64,000 nucleotides of DNA, taken from the NCBI GenBank assembly GCA_976551045.1, contig CDPCPM010000375.1, forward strand, positions 868,001-932,000, written 5' to 3'. Of this stretch, positions 54,201 through 63,200 are shown piece by piece. This DNA is from Glaucostegus cemiculus. Taxonomy: Eukaryota. How positions within the stretch are numbered: the stretch's first letter is position 1; each line of letters opens with the position of its first letter. Position numbers and translations under genes: made by a program. Under the pieces are notes generated by a model. That model ran no database searches. It had not been told where the DNA came from and saw only the letters and a list, made by a program, of their open reading frames with translations.

Positions 54201-57200
54201 TGCACTCAACAACAGCTAGAAATCATTCCATATCTGCAATACCATACTATTCAATAAAGGCATTGAAAAGTGCGGCTCAGGAGTGTACTTTATGGGAGTT
54301 ATTTGATCATTCTACACAACGACTCATCAGGACTAATTCTACAAATGAGGATAGGCTATTAACCAACACGTGCAGGGAAAGGAAGACACATGACATTCCC
54401 TCTCATGAGGAGGCTGGCTGCTACGACAGACAGCTGAAAGTATGCAATGAGATGACAGTGCCAGTCTTCAGAGACATTCCTTCTGCTGCTATAGACAGCT
54501 TGAAGTACTTCCTTCTTCTTGCACCAAATTCTGGAAGGACAAAAAACTCCAAATTTTCAAAGCTACACTGACACTGAATTTTCCTTGAGGAGAAACAGTT
54601 GCCTGAGTAACTCTCATCCTCTCCCACCCCAACTGTTCTTCCCGACTGAGGCAATTCGGTACCCCCTTTACCACTTTCTTTCATTACAGCCTGACGCGGT
54701 CACAGAAATATCAATCAAAGATGGCAAACCTAGCTTGTAACAGCAATTGAAACACTAAGACATCTTGAAATCCAACTTTCATAAATGGACGATAAAATGC
54801 ATTGAACGTAAAGGCATTTGCACAACGCTCTGCAAAGAAATTCAGCTACAGCTGATTAACACCGACAAGCTTGTGTTTTCAAGTGAAAATGTGCTTTATC
54901 TATTAACTTTATCTATTAACACATGCAGGAATAAAACACAGGAACAGAAGAAGATTTCAGACTTACTTGTATCAATGCAGCCACTCTGCTGCCTCCAATC
55001 TCCCAGAACAACATCAGCTGCTTCACAAGCTGAAGCATAAGACTCCAGCGTGTTGCACATCTGAACTGAATCTCCGCCAGTCACGCAATGATCATAGACG
55101 CAGCTCTCAAAGTAGAGCTGAGGTGGGATATGCCAGTGGCACTCGTTAAATGGACCAGGGTTGGCCAAAATTATTTTGCAGTATCTCTCTGCCTCTTGGC
55201 TTGCTGCTGGATCGCACGGCGGTGGAACTGGAGCAGTTTGATTACACCTGTGCAACAGAAACAATCTCTCACTTTTCTCAAATAAAAACTGTCTATCATC
55301 CCATTCAATCCCCTTCAAAGCGGGGATGGCTTGGCAGAAAAACCTAGCATGTCATCAAAATAGGCAGCAGTCAACATGATTCCATTACGCAACTGAAAAG
55401 ACTGAAATGCATCCTGAAAACAACACTAGGAAAACCATTTCACTTCCTTCCTGTGTGCTGCTGTCATTCGAGAGAACAAGACACAAGGGTGGATTTGAAT
55501 AGCTCCTTGAAATCTCTTCCTTGCCCCAACATTCCTTAACTTCAACCAACCTCCTCACTTTGCGTGACTTCTCACTCTCATGTCTGGAGAAACCTTAGCA
55601 TCTGCCTTCACGGAAATAAGAGACAGAAATACTCACAGCCAATCGTCATCAGTAACCATCCAACTGTTTCCAAACTGATTTGAATCCAAAGCTAGAATTC
55701 CATCAGGTTTCAAGAAGTCATCCAACTGGTCATTGGTGTAGGTCCCGCATAAGCCACACAGCTGTCCTTTGTATCTCTCATCCACAGTCACAACCAGTTG
55801 ATGGTCTCCGTCAAACTTCACCTGAAGACCAAAGTTGGTCTGCAGCACCACATACGATCCTACCAGTGACAGGCTTACCGAAGAACTGGCTCGCACTGGG
55901 AGCTCAACCCTCACTCCGTCAACCTGAGCAAAGCATTAGCGAGTTAGCTACTGTAAAATCACAAACAACCCAGCTATCGCTCTACGTCATTTCAAGGCTG
56001 AAAATTAGACTCATCAGAGTATATCTTACTCACATAAACGTGTTTGTTTTTCCGCACTGCAATGTGAAGCTTCTCCAGATGCACGCTAACCGAATTAAGG
56101 ACAGTCCATCTTGGACTACCTCTGTGCTCGTTTCGACTCGTCACAGAAAATCGAACAGATGTGTTTCCACAAGTCTCAGTCACCGTATAATTGCAAGCAC
56201 CCTGGAAGTGGTACAGCTTCCCATCAAACGTCGTATAGTGCGGGTCACCGTAGACGTGGCAAATGGCAGTGTCCGCGCTGTAACATCCCAAATTGCCGCC
56301 CTGCACTTTGCAAATTTCCCCCGCTCCACAAGATCCTGCTTCGCACTCTATTCGGTCATTCCCAGTGCAGCGGCACCTCTCTCGACAGCCGTCTTCCCAG
56401 AACATTGCACCTTTCTGACACACGGACAGCAAGCATTAGTTTCAAAATTGCTGCATGCTCTGAAAGGAAGCAGAACCCTGCTCCCATACAAACCAAAGCC
56501 CACCTCAAACACTCCCAACTGACCTCGTAGTATTTGTCCTTGTGCATGCAGCCACAGTTCTCCACAGGCACACACGAGCTTCCACTCAGGACAAAGCCAA
56601 CGTTACACTCACAGTCCTCCACACAAGGTTTACTGCAGTTAGCTGAAGCTAAACGGTCCGTGCAAGTGGCTGGACAAGCGCTGGCACATGCGTTGTAATG
56701 GCTGTTGGCTGGACACCTGACAGCTGAAAGCACACAAGCAGCAAAAACTTTGACACTTCAACCAAAGAAACTTCACAGAAGGCAATTCTCTGACACAATG
56801 TCGTTCCATCCTCACATTGGCAAGTATTACACCAACTGCATTTGCACCTAACTCATACGTACCACAGAAACTGGAGTTCCTCCACGGCACGATGGTCACT
56901 CCTGCGCTTTGGCAGGCGTCTGCATAGATTTGCAGGGCATTACACAAAGCTCCTTGGTCTCCATCCAACAAGCACAGTTCAACGACACAACTTTCAAAGC
57001 TCCCGTGGGCGTTGATTACAGAGTGGCAGTTTACAAATGGCCCCTGCTGACTGGTGATCAGACCACAGAAATCATTACTTTGGTAGCGCTCCTCCTCAGC
57101 CGGCTCACACACTTCTGGCTCGACCGGGTCACAACCTGGCTCGTCAGGTGGCACCTTCCAGCTATTTCCCAGCTCGTTGGAATCTTTAGCTTGCTCTCCG

Positions 57201-60200
57201 TCAGGTTTCATGTAATCGTCCTTTCTCATCCCATTGTAGTTACCGCACATACCGCAAGTCTGATTAAAGTACGTGCTCGGCACCTTCACTTCCACTGAAT
57301 GATCAGTGTCGTAAGAAACCGACAGGCCAAAGTCAGTGGACAGGACCACGTATCTTCCGCTCCTACTCACACTCACGCCACGCTCAGCGAGCCGAACAGG
57401 TAAGGTCGCCCACACTTCATCCACCTGAGCACGAGAGCAAACACTGTATCAGGCAGCAATCTTCCTGCCACACCACGGCAACCATTCGCTCCCCGCACCA
57501 TTCACGCTCCAGCAGCAATCCAAGCAACCGGCATTTCACCACTGTGCACGCCTAATTAGACGAGGCGTCACATGTATGGACATTCAGATCCGTTCAGACC
57601 ACTCGCTTCAGCTTGCCATGAAAACTGGCAATGCCACTTCAGCTCAACTCACTTCCAATGCACTGCATCATAAATTCTTAGTCACTCACATCTTCAACTG
57701 CAAACAAAAGGCTTTACCGAAGCAATGATTCCAAATAAGATGACTGGCAGAAAGGGCTGTACTTTAGCAGACTTAGACTTACAGTACAAGACTTACCAAC
57801 ACGCGGTGACGTTCCATCTTCACCAGCCAAACCCTGTGGCCGTGAACAGCAACCTGAACTCTCTGAACGTAAGAGACTTTAGCGTTGCCACGATTTTCAT
57901 TCTTCGCTTCAATGTTGAAGGGTGCAAGGGAGGACGAATTTCCACACAGCTTGGCTATGGTGTAGGTACAGCTACCCATAAAATGGAGCGTCGCTTTGTC
58001 AAACGTGTTGTAATGCGGATCGTTGTGCACTCTGCAGATACCATATGTATATGGGTAGCAACCAGGAACGCCGTTCACAACTCCACAGTGGGAATCTGGA
58101 GCACACGCTGAATCCCGGCACACCACTTTACTGCCTGCCGAAGGACAGCTACATTTTCTTGAGCAGGTATCATCTGTCCAGAATTCAGAGCCCACTGGGT
58201 AGTGCTTTCCTTCTGACCAGCAACCGCACTCATGTCTTGGCACACATCGGTCGTTGTACAAGACGTAACCACTGTCACATACACAGCCTTCCACGCATGG
58301 CTGCAAGCAGCTGGACGGAGCACCTGGACTCACGCAAGTAGCTGGGCAAGCTGAGCCACACTGCTCATAATGACTATTCGCTCCACATTGTAGGGCTGTG
58401 AACGGAATCCACAAGGTTACACGTTACTTTCATCCGCAATTCCTTCCGCAGACACGCAACTCAAAACTCATCGCTCAATCTCTTCTGGTTGCTCTCTATC
58501 TCCACTAAGTGTTTCATTGAATGATCTAGCAGTGTACTCTCAAGCACTTACGGCAAAAGCTCTCATTCCTCCAGGCTTCCACTCTCGCTCCCTCGGACTG
58601 GCATGCATCTCCATAGGACTCCAAACTACTGCACAGAGACTCCGGCTCCACGCCTAACGCACAAAGGTCGTACACGCAGTCACCAAAATAGACTTCCGGA
58701 TCGACCTTGGAATGGCACTCTTTGAAAGGACCCTGTGCATCCGTTATTATTCCACAGTAATATTTACTTTCTATCATGTGCCTTTCATCCTTCGTGCAAT
58801 TTGGTCTGATGCCCACGTCAGGAGTACACCTGCAAAAGCAGCAGCATGCCAAATGACAAATACTTCAAGCTATATCAAATCTCTGCAAGCAAATGATACA
58901 AATAGCACACTTTTCAAAGGAACGGAAATATTACCAACAGCTTGGTTACAAGTGTACCTTGTGTCATTGTTAGACTGCCAACTGTTGCCCAAGCTGACCG
59001 AATCAGGCTCCATTATTCCATCCGGGTTCAGGAAATCATCTCCTCTGTCTCCATTATAGTTTCCACACATGCCACACACCTTGCCTTTGAAGAGACTAGG
59101 GAGAGTCACCTCAGCTCGATGCCTGCCATTGAACTTCACTCCCAATCCAAAACTGGTGGTAATGACGACATACTGCCCAGTCAGAGCCACCGCAACGTCT
59201 GAGCTGACTGACACAGGGAGCACTGCCACTTCCCCATCAACCTGCAAACATACGGATCACTCGTCAATTCACTCTTCTGCCATCACACACTTCAATACAC
59301 CTCATCAAGACACTTACCGCATCAAAGTCTTACCTTTACCACACGCCCCTTTCCTAGCGTGATTCTGTGATTGTAAACATCAACGTTGACTTGTCTGACG
59401 TAAGACACGTAGGGATTTCCTGACCTGTGCTCATTTGCAGCTTCAACATTGAAAGAGGGCAGACCGCTGCTGCTGCTGCACAGCTTTGATAAGGTATATG
59501 TGCATGTTCCCATAAAGTCGTGAGCTTGCTTATCAAAGGTCATGTAGTGCGGATCTCCTTGCACTGTGCAGGACGATTCTAAATGCAGTAAAACAAAGAT
59601 CAATTGGTCGAATGTCAGTAAAACACATACAGGCCACTTACAACACTACCAGGAATTATTTGGTTTTCTTTACAAATGGGCCTCAGGGGAGAATTAATTC
59701 AAGTCTACCTAATCATTGTTGCATTAGGATCTCAATCCGCAGCTGGCATCTTCCTCACTACAGACAGATTTTAAGGAACTGGCAGAAGGAATAGACGGGA
59801 ACTACAAGAAGATATTTCACCCACAGGGTGGACCTCGGTGCTTTGCAACGCAACAACTTAAAAGAAATGGTCCATGCCAACACAATCCCACAACAACCTT
59901 CATATGTGACCACATATTCAGGTGAACTGGCTTAAGCCAGAAGGTTGCAGACTGAAAACTGGAACAAGCAAAATACAGCCAACTGCTTCTTTGGCATGTC
60001 CACGATGGCCTGAGAGGCCTCCTTCTAGCACCTGAATTTCTACCATTCTGCAAGTCTCCAATCTAAAACAGCACCACGAAGATCCCACATCACAGGTACA
60101 TTCTATTCCTTTACTTGTATTGTCAGGCATCACGGTACTGGCTGTAGTTGAGATGCTTATTGTGGGTGGTGTTCCACAAACCTCTGCAGAAATAAGATAG

Positions 60201-63200
60201 TCCAGACTCAGGACAATTTAACTTTTATACCATAAACACATCGCGTCACACTTGCAGCCTACCGAAGCATGCAAAACCAAAAGAGAACCACAGTTTTACA
60301 GGAGAAATACCAACCTCCTGAACTAAAACCAATGCCGGCGTGGGCATTGTCTACATTTAAGAAATACAGTCAAAGGAGCCACCACATATTTCACACCAAC
60401 CTCCACAACATCCTACGTGCAAGGAAATGTCATCCACAGCAACATCACTCCGGTAGTCATTGCCCCGGACTGCTTCAAGGAGGATCTGTCAGAGAAAGCA
60501 TTACAATATCAGAAGGCAACAGCCTCAAATAGCATCATTTTAGCATCACCCTTTCAATTCACAGTGGCAAAGCAGAGGCACACACCAGCCCTCAACTCTT
60601 CACCAAACAAATCCAGAGAATACACACCTCAGTACCGTTTAAAATCTAACCACATTACTCAAGTTATTCTCGCACAGAGACACGGAAAAAGGTAGGTCGC
60701 TACACTCTGCTTTATTGTTTATTTTCTAGGAATTCCATGATTTAAAAGGAACTCTCAACTAATATCCACGTAGCTTACCCGAGAGTCTCCAGAGAGGTCA
60801 AGGTCTACTTCTCCTTCCATCCATTGGTTTCCCTTATTTCCTGACTCAGACCACTTCAGGACTGATGCCCCGCTTTCAACCTGGTAAACATTCAAAGCCA
60901 TGCTTCGAGCTACTCCATACATATGGTACCAGAATCGCATGCAATGAGCTCCTCTCTTCGCACATGGAGCACTGACCAAATGGGCTCGGTCTCCTGGTCG
61001 CCCGTCATTGCCTTCAATGTAGATGTAGGAACCACCTGCGCATACCAGAAGGTTTATTAGTCAGACAGAAATCAGCTGCACAGTGGCTAGACGTCAATCT
61101 CACATCACTGACCTGCAGTGGTGTGGTCAAAAGGCGGTCCTGTGTTATATGAAGGTGTCGGCCCACTGATGCGTTTCCAGTCCAACGTATCGGTCTTGGA
61201 TTGCGTCCACTGGCACAGGTCACCATCAAAGTTACAATCCCATGAACAACCTGTGGGTTTCATAAAGGCACATCATTTGTCTGAATGCACTCAACAACAG
61301 CTAGAAATCATTCCATATCTGCAATACCATACTATTCAATAAAGGCATTGAAAAGTGCGGCTCAGGAGTGTACTTTATGGGAGTTATTTGATCATTCTAC
61401 ACAACGACTCATCAGGACTAATTCTACAAATGAGGATGGGCTATTAACCAACACGTGCAGGGAAAGGAAGACACATGACATTCTCTCTCATGGCGAGGCT
61501 GGCTGCTACGACAGACAGCTGAAAGTATGCAATGAGATGACAGTGCCAGTCTTCAGAGACATTCCTTCTGCTGCTATAGACAGCTTGAAGTACTTCCTTC
61601 TTCTTGCACCAAATTCTGGAAGGACAAAAAACTCCACATTTTTAAAGCTACACTGACACTGAATTTTCCTTGAGGAGAAACAGTTGCCTGAGTAACTCTC
61701 ATCCTCTCCCACCCCAACTGTTCTTCCCGACTGAGGCAATTCGGTACCCCCTTTACCACTCTCTTTCATTACAGCCTGATGCGGTCACAGAAATGTCAAT
61801 CAAAGATGGCAAACCTAGCTTGTAACAGCAATTGAAACACTAAGACATCTTGAAATCCAACTTTCATAAATGGACGATAAAATGCATTGAACGAAAAGGC
61901 ATTTGCACAACGCTCTGCAAAGAAATTCAGCTACAGCTGATTAAGACCGACAAGCTTATGTTTTCAAGTGAAAATGTGCTTTATCTATTAACTGGATTTC
62001 TCCACGTAACACATGCAGGAATAAAACACAGGAACAGAAGAAGATTTCAGACTTACTTTTATCAATGCAGCCACTCTGCTGCCTCCAATCTCCCAGAACA
62101 ACATCAGCTGCTTCACAAGCTGAAGCATAAGACTCCAGCGTGTTGCACATCTGAACTGAATCTCCGCCAGTCACGCAATGATCATAGACGCAGCTCTCAA
62201 AGTAGAGCTGAGGTGGGATATGCCAGTGGCACTCGTTAAATGGACCAGGGTTGGCCAAAATTATTTTGCAGTATCTCTCTGCCTCTTGGCTTGCTGCTGG
62301 ATCGCACGGCGGTGGAACTGGAGTAGTTTGATTACACCTGTGCAACAGAAACAATCTCTCACTTTTCTCAAATCAAAACTGTCTATCATCCCATTCGATC
62401 CCCTTCAAAGCGGGGATGGCTTGGCAGAAAAACCTAGCATGTCATCAAAATAGGCAGCAGTCAACATGATTCCATTACGCAACTGAAAAGACTGAAATGC
62501 ATCCTGAAAACAACACTAGGAAAACCATTTCACTTCCTTCCTGTGTGCTGCTGTCATTCGAGAGAACAATACACAAGGGTGGATTTGAATAGCTCCTTGA
62601 AATCTCTTCCTTGCCCCAACATTCCTTAACTTCAACCAACCTCCTCACTTTGCGTGACTTCTCACTCTCATGTCTGGAGAAACCTTAGCATCTGCCTTCA
62701 CGGAAATAAGAGACAGAAATACTCACAGCCAATCGTCATCAGTAACCATCCAACTGTTTCCAAACTGATTTGAATCCAAAGCTAGAATTCCATCAGGTTT
62801 CAAGAAGTCATCCAACTGGTCATTGGTGTAGGTCCCGCATAAGCCACACAGCTGTCCTTTGTATCTCTCATCCACAGTCACAACCAGTTGATGGTCTCCG
62901 TCAAACTTCACCTGAAGACCAAAGTTGGTCTGCAGCACCACATACGATCCTACCAGTGACAGTCTTACCGAAGAACTGGCTCGCACTGGGAGCTCAACCC
63001 TCACTCCGTCAACCTGAGCAAAGCATTAGCGAGTTAGCCACTGTAAAATCACAAACAACCCAGCTATCGCTCTACGTCATTTCAAGGCTGAAAATTAGAC
63101 TCATCAGAGTATATCTTACTCACATAAACGTGCTTGTTTTTCCGCACTGCAATGTGAAGCTTCTCCAGATGCACGCTAACCGAATTAAGGACAGTCCATC

